DNA of 64,000 nt, from assembly GCF_009914755.1 (NCBI RefSeq), contig NC_060926.1. One strand, written 5' to 3'. This document shows, one piece after another, positions 15,390 to 28,824 of the stretch. The notes under the pieces were generated by a model, which saw nothing but the letters and a program-made list of their open reading frames with translations, had not been told where the DNA came from and did not search any database. The number at the start of each line of letters is the position of its first letter. Position 1 is the first letter of the stretch. Both the position numbers and the translations under genes were made by a program. The DNA comes from the human T2T-CHM13v2.0 reference genome, Homo sapiens.

Positions 15390-15785
15390 GCCATAATCTT
15401 TGGTGGTTAGTGACAAACCCAAATCAGACTAATTTGGGTAAGAAGACACAAGCTTATTGCTTTACACATTGAGAACTTGCAGGGTGAAACTGAAGATTAA
15501 CACTGAAAGAGGAGCTTAAAGACAAAATGTATTTCTCTCCACATCTCATTTTGCTTTTCATTACAGGTCAGTTTCATTCTTCCAAAACAGCCTTTCTCTG
15601 GGGTTACAACCATAGTCAAGATTTTTTTTTTTTTTAAGCTCACACAGTTACCATTTTATGACCAGAGAAGAGAGTGATTTTTCTATCCTTGCCACATTTT
15701 GAAAAAATTAAGTTAAAACTCTTCCTGGGCCAGCTTGCATCACATGCCTAACTTTCAGACCAATTATCAGGTTAGGGGAGGAAGG
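15390..15785 (-). mobile_element. Old MLT1-type LTR (degraded)
   Basis: ggttagtgacaaacccaaatcagactaatttggg...ggccagcttgcatcacatgccta. Confidence 0.5.
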
Positions 15786-16104
15786 GTATTTAGAAAAGGC
15801 AAAAATATTTTCTACCACAAAGAATTTGAGGAAAGTGGGAATTAGATTGAGTAGTTAGAAATGCTTGTGGTATAAGGCTGGAGATCGAAAGGAAAAAAAA
15901 AACTGAAAGAAGTAGTGCAAATAACACAGCAAAGAAATTTGGGAGGGAGATTATGGGGCATATTGAGTGTGAGTTAGAGATTAAACATTTTTCTATAGAG
16001 GATAGGGACACATAAAATTTATAAGGTCATGATTAACCCTGTCATAGACTGTAGATTTTGAGGGTTACATTGACAGGGGAAGGAACAAACAGAGAGAAGA
16101 TTAT

Positions 16105-16335
16105 CAGGAAGAATATCAGACTGGAGCTCCAAAAAAATGGCTTCTAGTCCTGGTCTGCCATCTTTGACTTATCTGACTTTCGGAAAATTGCCTCTCTTCC
16201 CATCAGGTTCCACACTAACAAAAATGGAAATCAGAATCTCTCTTCTATTTCTCCCATAAGGTTACTAAAAAAGAATGAGTATGATTGTTTTTGAGTAACT
16301 AAAAAGTACTAAGTAAGTGCAGGGTGTTATTATTT
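16105..16335 (+). mobile_element. MIR
   Basis: ttctagtcctggtctgcca...tgactttcggaaaattgcc...aaaatggaaat. Confidence 0.55.
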
Positions 16336-16567
16336 ATAATATCTGTGCCATTCAAAATTTCATTCTATTAAAAAAATACAAGGCCTGGTTCAAGATATGT
16401 CACTATGGATAGTCATTACTTGTCTAAATTATAAACTTATCTAGGCTATACATGAGATAAAAGAAAATAAAGTTTCATTGCAAATTAATGAAAACAAGTA
16501 AATAATGTCTGATATCAATATCTCATTCTAATTCTTCAAGAATACAAGCCATGAACAAGAAAAAATG

Positions 16568-16820
16568 TCAATATGATGTAATGGAAAAATCCTGGACTTT
16601 GGCGATATACTTGCATGGTATTTACTACCTGCTCTACACCACACTGGTTGTGTTTCCTTGGGAAATAACCTTTCCATGCCATGAACAAATGGGAAATAAA
16701 TTTATTGCCTTGGGTAATAAATTAACCTCTCTAAGCCTCATCTGCAAAACAGCAATATCTTGCAGGGAATAAAAATTTAAAAAGTACTAATAAATTATCT
16801 GTCATTTAATAAATGTTAGA
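16568..16820 (+). mobile_element. MIR
   Basis: ccttgggtaataaattaacctctctaagcctcatctgcaaaa. Confidence 0.5.
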
Positions 16821-17883
16821 CCCTCCGTATTCTTGGTTCATTACATTGACCTCAACTTTCCTGTTCTAGTCTTTCACTACAAATGTTAACTAAATATAGT
16901 AAATAAAATTAGTATTATAAATAAAAGCTAGCTATTCATCAAACTGAGAACTTTCCAATGGTCTCACTATACTCCTTCAATCAAAAGTATTATTACACAT
17001 CTACTATATGAAAAGCAATGTTCTCATTGATATGGGTGTGCTTGTCATTATAAAGTAATCAAATAATAGTAATTTCAGGGCATAAAGTCAATAAATATAA
17101 CAAATCAAAGAAAAAAATAGGTAGTAAATCCTTTTTTTGCTTTTTTCTGGAAACAAAATCTTGCTTTAGTTGAGGAAAGTGTTGTATAATTGTGAAATTG
17201 TAGGTAAAATTTGGTGTTTGATTTAAACATGTATTTTCCTGGCAAAAGAAAAACTATTACTCTGAGTCATCAAAATATCATTTTGTTTTCAGACATACAA
17301 GAAATCTAAGAAACTATTATTAGGTGATCTTATTGAAATGATAGGAAATAGAATAGCTGAGTCTGAAGTTTGGCCTGTTCCTTCCCACCTTTTAACTTTT
17401 TGATTCTTGTTTAACATTACACAGACAATGATTATAAACTATAATATTTTCCATTGTGTAGGGCACACTTTAATGGTTGTAGAGGTGGTGCTTATTGCAA
17501 ACTTTGCTGAACTTTTGAACTGTTTTAGTCATTTGGTCAAACTTTGCCAATATTACAGTTTTCTACTTTTGAAAATACTTTTATAGTCTTCATTGTAACT
17601 TGATAGTTCAATGATGTTGAACTCTGGATGCTAAATAATATTTGAGGCCTCAACATTTTTTTACCAAATAGATGAGTGGTTTTTTTTTAACTTATAATAA
17701 TGGGCTGTTCAACCTCAAAATATAATCCCCTTGGAAGAGTTATATTAACTTTTTTATGGTCTACCACAACATATCTATATTTAATTCTAGGATGCAGCTA
17801 TTTTTTATTGGGCATGAACAAAATAAAGAAGAAGAAAAGTATTACCCTAGATTAACTTTTAACATATTATAATTGTTGAAGTT

Positions 17884-17983
17884 CTTTCTTTATATATACT
17901 TTAAGTTCTAGGGTACACGTGCACAACGTGCAGGTTTGTTACATATGTATACATGTGCCATGTTGGTGTGCTGTACCCATTAA
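17884..17983 (-). mobile_element. Very short L1PA 3'-terminal fragment
   Basis: tatactttaagttctagggtacacgtgcacaacgtgcaggtttgttacatatgtatacatgtgccatgttggtgtgctg. Confidence 0.92.
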
Positions 17984-18297
17984 ATCTAATCACTTCATCT
18001 GATGTTGGGAAGATGTTGTGGGCAGAGAAAAGAAAATGAACGAAAATTGGAAAAGAAAGAAACAATAAAATAAAATTCTCCATTAACGTAAGACAAAAAA
18101 ATGAAAAGAGAAAAAAAGGAACAGAAAGAACATAAATGGATACTTTCCATAAGCATAACTGAATTTCTGCTCTTCCGAAATTCAGTTGAAGCTACTGAAA
18201 GAAGAAAAGAAACTTTTGACTCCCTTTCTCTCTAACCTCCCAGGTTTAAATTTTGGACACATGTTAAATAATGGAAGTTCCTAGAAAAGGTTACTTT

Positions 18298-19033
18298 TGA
18301 TTCACAACGTGGGCAGGAAAGTGCTGGGTAGAGAAGGGTGTGGTCCCTGGGTAGGGCTCCACCCCAGGGTATAGGCTGATAGACCTAGGTGAGAATAGGC
18401 ATTTCTGTTTTCCTGCCTAAATGCTGCATTTCCCAAGACCACCCTGGCCTGCCACGCCCGCATCGTGTGCCTGTGAAAACGCCGAGACCCTAGTGGTCTA
18501 GCTGGACGTGGAGAGGAACGCTGCGGCGTAAGGACACGCCAACAGATGCTGGCAGGCCAGCAGGCCATTAACTGGCAGAACGACGCGAAGTTTGGCCAGG
18601 GCTGTCAGAGGAGAGCCCGGGCCACTGAACAGCCTACTCCAGGGGAAAACCATTTCCCTTTTGTCTCCCCCATCTGTTGAGACCTGCTTCCACCAATAAA
18701 AGCTTGCACTCATTCTCCAAGCCCACGTGTGATCCAATTCTTGCAGTATACCACGGCAAGAAACCCCGGGATACTGAAAGCCGTCTGTGCTTGCGATAAG
18801 GCAGGGGGTCTATTTGAGCTGACTAACACCAGCTGCCTACCGAGGGCTAAACTAAAAGAGCACCCTGTAACACACGGCCAGTAAACATTCACCCCTAGAC
18901 ACTGCCATAGTGTGGAGCCCCATAACCTGCCTATCTGCATGCTCCCCTAGAGGTTGGAGCAGCGGGGCACCGAAGAAGTGAGCCACCCCCATCGCACACC
19001 CTGCCAGGGGGACAAGGGAGCTTTTCCCCTTCA
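18298..19033 (+). mobile_element. LTR1-family (ERV1) solo LTR
   Basis: TG...CA termini, 4-bp TSD cttt (18294-18297 / 19034-19037), AATAAA at 18695, characteristic ctaaactaaaagagcaccctgtaacacac and ggggacaagggagcttttcccttca. Confidence 0.85.
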
Positions 19034-19329
19034 CTTTCAGAGCCAGGCAGAGGAGAGGCTTTAATACCTGCTCTTCATAGGAATCAACAACAATAAAAAG
19101 TAACTACACAATGACTCCCGGCATGCCAGAGCAAGAATATCATGCAGCTGTTTGAATGCATTGCCACGGGTAAAGTGATGCCCATGAGGACGATGAATTG
19201 GTATGTTTCCGAGATGGGCTGTAAGGCAGTGGCGATGACATGGTCTATGAGCAAATGCTGTTATGCCAGCTCTAAGATTTGAATATTCTCATTTGGAACG
19301 GACTTGTTTGAGGCTTGTCGATTAGTAAC

Positions 19330-19560
19330 ACAGCACGATGATAAAGGTAAGCTTTTGGGAGCTAGGCAGACATGAGCTTCATTCTGTCACCACCAATTAT
19401 TGCTCATGTAACCTTTTACAAGTAATTAAAACAATTTGAACCTGTTTATTCGCTAAATTGGGAAAAAAGTACTTAGCTCACAGTACCTTTGTGAGTATTA
19501 GGTATAATAATGTGTATAAAGTAATCGCTATGTAATAGGTTTTCAATAACTATTCATGCA
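19330..19560 (+). mobile_element. MIR
   Basis: agcttttgggagctaggcagacatgagcttc...gtaaccttttacaagtaattaa...tgtgagtattaggtataataatgtgtataaagt. Confidence 0.65.
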
Positions 19561-19627
19561 TTTATTCCACCCACTCCCACTCCACTGCACTGTGTTTAAG
19601 TGTACCTACTCAAGGGTAACTACCTAC

Positions 19628-19830
19628 ACGGTAGTTAAGAGTAGGGTCTACAGACAGATTACCTGGATTCAAATCCTGGCTCTGCTTAATTAACTCATCA
19701 TTAAAAAAGGCGGCAATAAGGGTACCTTCTCTGTAGAGACATTACGATGAATACATGGGCTGATATGTATAAAGTGCTTAGAAGAGTGGCAAATAGCAGG
19801 ATGTAAATGTTTGCTATTCCTATTATTTAA
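19628..19830 (+). mobile_element. MIR
   Basis: gtagttaagagtagggtctac...acctggattcaaatcctggctctgc. Confidence 0.7.
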
Positions 19831-20298
19831 CTGGGTTATTGGTGCTCTGTTAATTCACAAATACTCTCACAACCATTTGGCTTTATGTTCCTTTTTCTTA
19901 TTGAAATTCAAATCATTCTCCTTTTTGTTTTATTCACAAGTATGACTTTGTTTTCAGCAGCTTCCTTTTGTAGAAAACCTGTTTGGAAGGGGTATTGTGG
20001 CAAAGGAAGACTCAGACCCATGAACAAAGAAGCACACAGTAACACATTCTTTTGGACTGATAAATCCTGGGAAGGGCAAAGCTGGTTCCTAAAGTGGCTG
20101 AGGTCCTAAAATAAGGAGTGTGTACAGGAGGAATCAAACCAAAAGTTAAAACTTTGTATCTGTTGTCTTCATCTATTAACCAGGGATAAGAATATCAATC
20201 TCACAGGGTCATTATTTAAAAATAAATAAATAAAATATTTTTTGTTAAATAAATGCAAACCGTTCAGCTTCTGTGTTCTGCTTGGTAGCCCCCATCTC

Positions 20299-20650
20299 TC
20301 ATCATGTACCCTATAATAATGTTTTGGTCAATGATGGACTGCATATATGACAGCGGTCCCATAAGATGATAATATCATATTTTTACTCTATGTTTTCTAT
20401 GTTTAGATATCTTTGGATACACAAATACTTCTCATTGTGTTGTAATTGCCTACAGTATTTAGTACAGTAACACACTGTAAAGGATTGTAGCTTAGGAACA
20501 ATAGGTTATGCCATGTAGCCTAGGTGTGTAGTAGGCTACAACACTGAGGTTTGTGTATGTAAGTATGCTCTAGCATGTTCATACAATGACAAAATTGCCG
20601 AACGAAGCATTTCTCAGAACATATCCTCATTGTCAAATGACGCATGAATG
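20299..20650 (+). mobile_element. Tigger3a/MER7A (TcMar-Tigger MITE)
   Basis: ggtcaatgatggactgcatatatgacagcggtcccataaga...gcatttctcagaacatatcctcattgtcaaatgacgcatga. Confidence 0.85.
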
Positions 20651-20665
20651 TTATTTCCCTTAAAA

Positions 20666-21012
20666 CAGCAGTCTCCAGCGTTTTTGGCACCAGGGGCCAA
20701 TTTCGTGGAAGACAATTTTTCCTACTGATGGGGGAGTAGTTGGGGGATAGTTTTTGGATGAAACTGTTCCACCTCAGATCATCAGGCATTATTTAGAGTA
20801 TCATAAGGCTTGGGCAACCTAGATCCCTCACATGCACAGTTCACAAAAGGGTTCATACTTCTATGAGAATCTAACGCTGCCACTGCTCTGACAGGAGGTG
20901 GAGCTCAGGCGGTAATGCTCATTTGCCCGCCACTCACCTCCTGCTGTGCGGCCCAGGTCCTACCAGGCCATAGACCAGTACCAATCTAAAGCCTGGAGTT
21001 TGGGGACCCCTG
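20666..21012 (-). mobile_element. MER1B (hAT-Charlie)
   Basis: TIRs cagcagtctcca...tggggacccctg; internal gaaactgttccacctcagatcatcaggcatt; degenerate 8-bp TSD ccttaaaa/ctttaagg. Confidence 0.9.
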
Positions 21013-21358
21013 CTTTAAGGAATTGGCTCATCCAACTGTAGGCACTGACAAGTCCAAGTCCATAAGGCAAGCTAGCAGTGTGGAAACTCAAGCAGGAGTT
21101 AAAGTTGCAGTCTCCAGGCAGAATTCCTTCCTCTCCAGGAAATCTTGATATTTGTTCCAGGCCTTCAACTGATTTCTGATTGGATGAAGCCCACCTACAT
21201 TACAGAAAGTAATCTCCTTTACTTAGAGTCAACTTGAAGTAAACAAATGTTAACCACATCTCCAAAATACCTTCACAGCAACACCTAGATTAGTTTTTGA
21301 TTAAATAACTGGGTACTATAACCTAGCCTAGCAAAGATGACATAAAACTAATCATCAT
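21013..21358 (-). mobile_element. MLT2 (ERVL) LTR, MLT2C/D-like
   Basis: taaggaattggctca...ggccttcaactgat...aaaataccttcacagcaacacctagattagt. Confidence 0.85.
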
Positions 21359-21449
21359 GGCACTCTCAATGGACTCTTTTCAAGTGGAATCTAAGTTTTC
21401 TATGAGAACTGTGGTTCATTTGCTTAGCTAATAGTTATTGTTACCTATG

Positions 21450-21680
21450 AGAGGCATCATTAAATCATGGGCTCTAGGGCTGGATTGACATTGTCCAAAT
21501 CCCGGCTTTGCCACTCAGTTGTGATATGACTCTGAACATGTTACTTAAACTCTTTATATCTCAGTTTTCCCAACCGTAAAATGGGGATAATAATAATATC
21601 TATCTCATATTATTGCTAAATCAGCTAATATTTATAAAGTACTTTGACTAGTGCCTGTTACATAATAAATGCTCCTATTA
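21450..21680 (+). mobile_element. MIR
   Basis: aaatcccggctttgccact...ttacttaaactctttatatctcagttttcc...gtaaaatggggataataata. Confidence 0.85.
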
Positions 21681-22214
21681 AAAATTGTTAATAGTGCTGT
21701 CTAGACTTTGAGGGCATAGGACCACTAGGAGCAAAATAAAGTAAGAATGACCAGTTGTGATACAAAGTGCTACAATAGATATCAACAAATTATATGGGAT
21801 TGAAGGAAACAGCAGTTAATTCTGCTTGGGTACTAGTAATGGGGATGGTCTCTAACAGCGTCTGTATACGTAAGCAGAAGAATACAGAAATGGCAACATA
21901 TGGGTGAAATTTGTATGTTTTGAGATTCTTATGAAATTTCTAAAACTTGATAATCTTTCTCAACATTTATGCAAGATACATGTAAAGACATAGTTAAAAC
22001 TTTCTATCTGTTAGAGCACATTGAAGACAAAAATTGTGTTTCCTCTTTCAGATCATATACTGATCCAAAATGATGCTCACTGCTATTTACGTGAAATGTA
22101 ACTATTCTTTTTATACCAGAAAATAAATGATATAGCAGTCCTGCCACCAATCACAGGAGGGGAAATATTAGGGGGATGCAGATGCACATTCCAAATTACT
22201 TAAGCCAGAGTTTC

Positions 22215-22480
22215 AAATCATGCAAATGTCTGCCCTTAGGGACACATTCTGGTCACCCACTGAACTCATCCAAGTGGTCCTGAAGCCAGTCTTAAAACTG
22301 CCTGTTATTTTGCACATTGTCTTTGTTTATAAGGACCACCAGTTTGAAGTACCTATCAATTTATTGAGTTATTTGTTTACTGTCAATTTTCCTTTCTATA
22401 TTGAAAGCACCATAATGACAGTAGCAGTCATAGTGCTGGGCTCACAGTAGGCAATAAGTTCTCATTTAATTAAATAAATA
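22215..22480 (+). mobile_element. L2 3' end
   Basis: catagtgctgggctcacagtaggcaataag...ttaattaaat. Confidence 0.5.
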
Positions 22481-23809
22481 CATTCACATGTTTTCCGAAT
22501 GAGTCTTTATAGTAAAAAGTTTATCCACTTGTCATAGACTAATATTTATTGAGTTATAAGTGGAGTAAACCATTTTTAAAGGACAAATTGTCTTGAATTT
22601 GTGAGATTATCTCTGTTGGACACCAGAAGTCTAAAAATACTAGTTTAAATCTAAAGCCTTATTCTAAGCAAACACCTTTTACTTTATTACTTGGCAAGTG
22701 TGTGTGCTCAAATTATCATAGAAATAAAAATACAGCATTTAGAAATTTTCATGAACTGTCCCAGAATATGTCCTCAGATCTCTGGTGGTTCCCAGACATC
22801 AGTATGGGAAATGCTAGTGTAGGCATTTCTGAGTTCATACTGGTAATGATGCAAAGGGAGGGATATTTTATTCATATTCTAAAGCACATATAACAGGGAC
22901 CAGAGGTTGATCCAACCCTTTAATATTTTTGGCAGAGGTTGAAAAAGTGGAGTAAAGTGAGCTTAGTTTGCCTGAGGTTAAGTGGCTTACGTGATTAAAT
23001 AACTTGAGAAAAGCGTCTTTATTAAACAGGCAGTCACCATCCCATCTTTATCATTATTTTATAATCATTATTGGAAACAACATTTGACCAAATCATCACT
23101 GCTTTAAAAAATTGTCCTCATCTCATTGATATGAAAGGTAACTTGATACTTCCAATTTTATAATAGCAGGGGAAGAGCAACAAACATTAGCCAATCTAGT
23201 AAAGCAATAGCAGGAAAACATCTCAGATAAAATTGAAATGTAATTTCAGTCATTTCTGAAAGGTCTAATGAAAGCACTTTAATAATGTCAACAAAATGTA
23301 TACTGTTTACTTAAATGATGGATCTTTATTTTAAAGAAATTAAAGTCACCTACCTTTTAAATATTTGAATGTGTATAAAAGATCTTGAAGCAAATTTATA
23401 TTTATGTAAATTAAAAGACAGGTTTCCAGACCAGAAACACAACTTATAGGAATAAATAGGCAGAGGGAAAAATCTGGATACTTTTTTAAATAGTCTCTAT
23501 TAGAACAAATAAATACTGAAAAGATAATTTTCCTTTCAAATTTTAAGAAATCCAATAACCTTTGCATTGTTTTCACTGCTATTATGTGTTTTAAAGGCTC
23601 AAAATATCCTGTCTTACAGAACATAAAAATTTTACAGGAAGAGGAAATGCATGGAAATAAAGTAAAAATATAATAGCAGTAATAATTAAGAGAATTAAAT
23701 CTTTATATTTGTTTAAGTGCTCTGTGAACAGCTTTACTACTCCCTATGACAACACCAAGAATATAGAGAAGGAAGCTGATATCCAGCTGGTTTCTTAGCC
23801 AATGTGCCA

Positions 23810-24180
23810 TCCATATTTATTTATTCAAATATTTCTGGATTGCTTAGTTTTGTCAAGAAATTACAAGGTAAACTGAGGTTTGCAACGATGAATAAGATAA
23901 CGTCTTTGCCTTTTGGAGGGAGTGGAAAAATCACTCATCCATAATTTCAAAGGAAAAAGTTATAAATGGCATTATACAGGTAAAACCAAAATTCTGGGGA
24001 AAGTTTTGGGGAGTAGGCTAAGGAAATCATATAAGGCTTCATGAAGGAGGAGGAGTACATGATCTGAACTTTGAATGGTGAGTCCAATTTAGACCTTGGT
24101 GAAGGGCATATCAAGCAGAAAGCTATTGAAAAAAGGATAATATATGAAAAGGAGAAAATTTAGTAGGGTTAGAGTATTGG
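23810..24180 (-). mobile_element. L2 fragment
   Basis: tttattcaaatatttctggattg...gatgaataagataacgtctttgcc...aaggcttcatgaaggagg...gatctgaactttgaa. Confidence 0.6.
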
Positions 24181-24267
24181 TTTCACACCAGAAAGCAGAA
24201 TTGTACTGAAACCATAACTTGAAGCTTATGTGTTTTAATCTAGTACCTCTTTAAACTACCACACCAT

Positions 24268-24751
24268 AAAGTTATCTAATGCTGTATTAAAAAACACCAC
24301 AAACTTAGTGAATTATAACAATAACCATTTTTTTTTTAAGTTCACTATCCTGGGGTTGGCAATATAGACTTGGCTCAGAAGGTGGTTCTTCTGGTTTGGG
24401 CCAACCTCCAGTAATTAGTCTGTGCTTCCTCAGGAATTTGCAGTCAGCCAGCAGGTCAATTAAAGGCTGCCTAGTCTAGGATGGCCCCAGCATGGGTGCA
24501 GCTTTCTACTCCAAGTGCCTCTTATTCTCCAACAGGCTAACCCAGGATATTCACATGAGAGCTGGACAAAGATTTAAGACAGCCAATGGAAGTAGGCTCT
24601 CACTTCCATCACATTCTCTTGGCCAAAGTAAATTCAAGAGGTGGAGAAATAGAATTAACTTCTTGATAGGAGGAGCTGCAAATCCACATCACACAGCATG
24701 TAGAAACAGAAAGAATAAAAATTTGGGACCATCTGCAATCAGTCTACCACA
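24268..24751 (-). mobile_element. MLT1 (H-like) MaLR solo LTR
   Basis: agttatctaatgctgtat...aaacttagtg...tcacttccatcacattctcttggccaaag...gcaatcagtctaccaca terminus. Confidence 0.8.
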
Positions 24752-26764
24752 TATGCAGTTAAAAAGAAAACTTACTTTAAAATTTTTATAAACAGTAAAT
24801 TTTTCTAAGCTAGATGCTAGAGACTTTAATCCTCAGCAAGAATAGGCATTCATAAACATATAAAGGCAAACGCATACAACCAGTCTAGACTCTTATTCTC
24901 AGAAAATTGGACACTGCTACTCTCTGCTTTATTTTACAGCTAATTTTTATCTAGCCATTGCCAGAAGCTGTAAAGGACTGGGCAGAGCATTTTGTTTCCC
25001 TTCTTCAATTCAGTGTCTTTTAACTTATCAACTGCCATTACAGTAAAGGAACATCAATTAATGCTAAATTACAAAGAGATTCTTGTGGGATTGCCTATTA
25101 CAGCTGCCTTGATGCCAGAACCATTCAAAGTGATGAATGTTTTACAGCGAATACCAAATACACTCATAATTACTTTGCCATTTACTGAACGTGTTGCCAA
25201 TCTACCTTTGATTCTAAAGAAACCGCACATCTTTATCCACGTGAAAATAAAATCTTGTGCTCATGATATCTACACAAAGGCCCTTTTATGTAGGTCAAAA
25301 GGATGCTTCCCCCATGCCCATTTAATATGTTTTCTCTGAAGTTCTCTATGTTGCCCTTAGGGCCATCCACATACTGGTGATAAGCATGTAACTTGCATAG
25401 CAAACTCTCTTCCTCTCAACCTCACATCACAATATTCAGAGTTCAGTATGTCCCATAATAAAATGGTATATTTTTGTATGCTCTACACATACTTCCAAGG
25501 TATTGCTTTGTGAATAGAGCCCTACAACATAGACACAGTTTACCAGGAACTTAGCATTTAAATGACTTTCATCTTGACAATGACTGACATGTCTCGCTGA
25601 GAATATTATATATTTAGAAGATTTTTTTGAAGGCTCTGTACTTAAGAATCATGTCTCATCATATTCAGAGAACTTATGAACTAAGTCTTAAATGTTTAAA
25701 GAAGGGTCACAAAGCCACTCTGCTACAAAAGTCTGCAACTTGCACCCAACTCATATCACACAAGTAATTCATGCATAGAATATTTTTTTCTAAGTTTTCT
25801 TTCGATTAAAAAAAACCCTTCTACTTTTAGCTTTGAATATTTATTACTGAGATAAGAACCTGGGCTGAAATCAAACTAAGTAGAAGACAAACTCTAGGGA
25901 GGGAAAGTACATCCCATTCTTCACAAACTTTGTAAGGATTTCTTCAACACCCGCTTCTCCATTTATACAACAGATCAAGGAAGGCTAGAATCCAATTTCA
26001 AATCAAATAACCCCCATATCGATGTGCAAGATAGTTGACAGTGCACTCTCATCAACTCTGTGCTTTTCTGGTGGGTAATGTGCACAGTGTAACTTAGAGT
26101 AGCCATTTGGCGGAAAACTGCTCTAGTCAAATTGAAATAGCCTTTCGAGCCTTGGTTAGAATGGAGAGCCATAATGTATGCTTGTCATTTGATGAAAAAT
26201 AGTGTGCTTAAATTAAAGGGAAAAAAAATCCTGTCGTCCAGATCCAAGCCTTCACAATGACACAGGTGTCAAGATCTTATTTAAAAGTGTTAAGGTACAG
26301 TACTGCTCAGCAGCACAATTTGTAGGGAAACATGGGATCATGTGCTGGGGACTGAAGATTTGCTGCCTGATACCAGCCACAGGTAGTGATAAAATATGTT
26401 TCTTCCAGATAATTACTTGCTGCTCAAGGAAAGTGGCATTTCTAAATTGATACTTCAATGCAGCATAAACAGATTATGTTGCACAGGAAGTCATGGGCTA
26501 GTTTTTGTCATGTGATTAGACTCGGAATCACTCAATGCCACCTAAAACTAATTTTGTTTTATGCTTACAAAGCAATATGACTTCTCGAGAATTAAGAAAA
26601 TGTCCACTTATATGGATATAATGAACGATTTAGCCCTTAGATGGCAAAATAAAAAAGTTTTATTTTTTTAATTTTGACTGTTTAAAAGGATTCTATGAAT
26701 ATTCATGCTAGATAAAGCTGTATAAACATCTAGAAATGAAAGCAATTCCATGGTATTTGATGAA

Positions 26765-27000
26765 GAAATAATAATTTACTTTCCAGGTACCACGCTAAAA
26801 GATTTATACGTATCTTATTTAATTCTTAAAAGTCCCTAATTAATTATATAATATTATTTTTCTCATTTTATGAGGGAGAAAATTAAGATGAAAGAGGTTA
26901 ACTGACTTCTATAAGGTCCTATAACTAGTAAGCTGTGAAGCTAGACTCCAAACTCAGGTACTCTGGATTGGAAACCTGTGTTATATAACGTTATACACTT
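26765..27000 (-). mobile_element. MIR
   Basis: ctcattttatgagggagaaaattaagatgaaagaggttaactgactt...aaggtc...aactagtaag. Confidence 0.75.
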
Positions 27001-27235
27001 CAAATGTACACAAGTAGGATTATTAAGAAATATGTTACAAGCTTGTTATCTATGAAAATAAGCAAAAATATTATAAGCAAAAAATACTAGAAAAGATAAC
27101 TTTTTTTCCACTGTCATCCTAATACCTTTGTTTAGTAAAAACTAATACACAACCATGCTAAATACTGCAAATTTGCAGTTTAAAAGAGACCCCTGCCTTC
27201 AGAGCCATAGACAACTGCCTTATATATAACAAATT

Positions 27236-27277
27236 TATATATATATATATATACACACACACATATACATATATATA
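27236..27277. repeat. (TA)n(CA)n microsatellite
   Basis: Direct read. Confidence 0.8.
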
Positions 27278-28824
27278 AACAAACCAACAAAAACTTGAAA
27301 GGTGGAGTAAAATATGTAAGTACATTTTCACCAGCATGGAATGAAAAATGTGATACTATCTTATTCAATATTTGAAGAAACACAATTCTGCACTCACCAC
27401 AATTTCCCTTTCAGCAAAACTTAAACTAATGGATCTTTTATTTTATATTGCAAACTTTCCAGTTTCAGATGTTGTTTGAGGTGGGTGGAAGGCTGGAGTC
27501 TACTCAAGTTGCCAAGCGCTTAGAGCCCAATAGAGTAAGGGAGTTGGCGGTCTCAGCGTTCAATAAGTAGAGTGTCACTTAATGCCTCTGTTTTGGTAAG
27601 CTTTCTTGATTCAGATGTGCTTAATCTAGTTTTACAATGATTTGGCAGAAGCGCTCACTACCTCAAGAATCAGTAGAAGAGCTTAACTGTTTCTTATGCA
27701 GACTTCACAAAATATTCCTATTTCACTTTAATTCCTATCATGTGAGGTCCCTGATATTTTCAATTTCTAATCATACCCATGATTGTGCTTTGCAAATCTG
27801 CTTGCTTTTTAGCTTTCTGCTTTGCAAGCAGTTAATTTTCAGTTTTTTCCCAAACTGTCAAATCAATTATGGTTCATTCACCCTGTTCTAGTTTCCAAAT
27901 TGTGTTGACTTCCTTTACAAACAAAAGAATCTTCTTCTGTCTTCTCTGCTATGACATTATCTTCATAGATTTTGCCTTATATATTTTTTTAAATTGATCG
28001 ATCAAACAACCAAACAAACTTTCCTGGCATGTTGTTAGTGAAGTTTTGGAGGGACGAGAAGTAAATATATATTCAGTAAGTGAGTATGCATTTTTCTCTA
28101 GGAATTTCCTAGAAATGATATCAAAGATAATTCATCATAGACAAAGATGTCAAATACCAGAGAAAAATTATGCCTTTAACTTGAATCAATTCCTTTGGCT
28201 AATAATGTCTCAATCAATGAGGCATCACATTATTAATACAACAGATTTTCAAAATCAACCTTTCTAAATATTTAGCAATACCTCTTCTTCCTTTTATCTG
28301 ACTTTTATCCCATTTCTTCAAAATGTAGTTGCCATTCTGTGCCTAACTTCTTTCAGTTCTTCAAAGCTTAAGTGAATTTCTTATAATTTTTCTAGCACTC
28401 ACCAGTTAAACTGCTCCAACTCCACACCTATTCTCAGGCATTATTTTATGTATCCTCTGAACATTTGACACCTTCTGCCATGTCTCTTTGGAAGTCTTTT
28501 CTTCTTGTTTTCCATGACAGTCTATTCCTAGCTCTTATCACTGCATTTCTGCTTCTCAAAGCTCTGCAATTTGCTGTCTACTTTTCTGCCACTCACTTCC
28601 TAAATTAAACAAAAATCTTTCTCCCTCTAATATCAATTAGTTATTAGATTAAATATTAGGCCCTCTCATACCAATTTTATACTGTAGTCTAAATTACAAT
28701 CTCTAAGCAGTTTCCTTCCAAAGCCTTTTCCTTAACGCCTTGGCTCACTACTTCCTTATGCTCTAGATTACCTTATCTTGCTAAATCCAACCTTGCAAAT
28801 TTACCTGTGCATCATTATCTGTTT

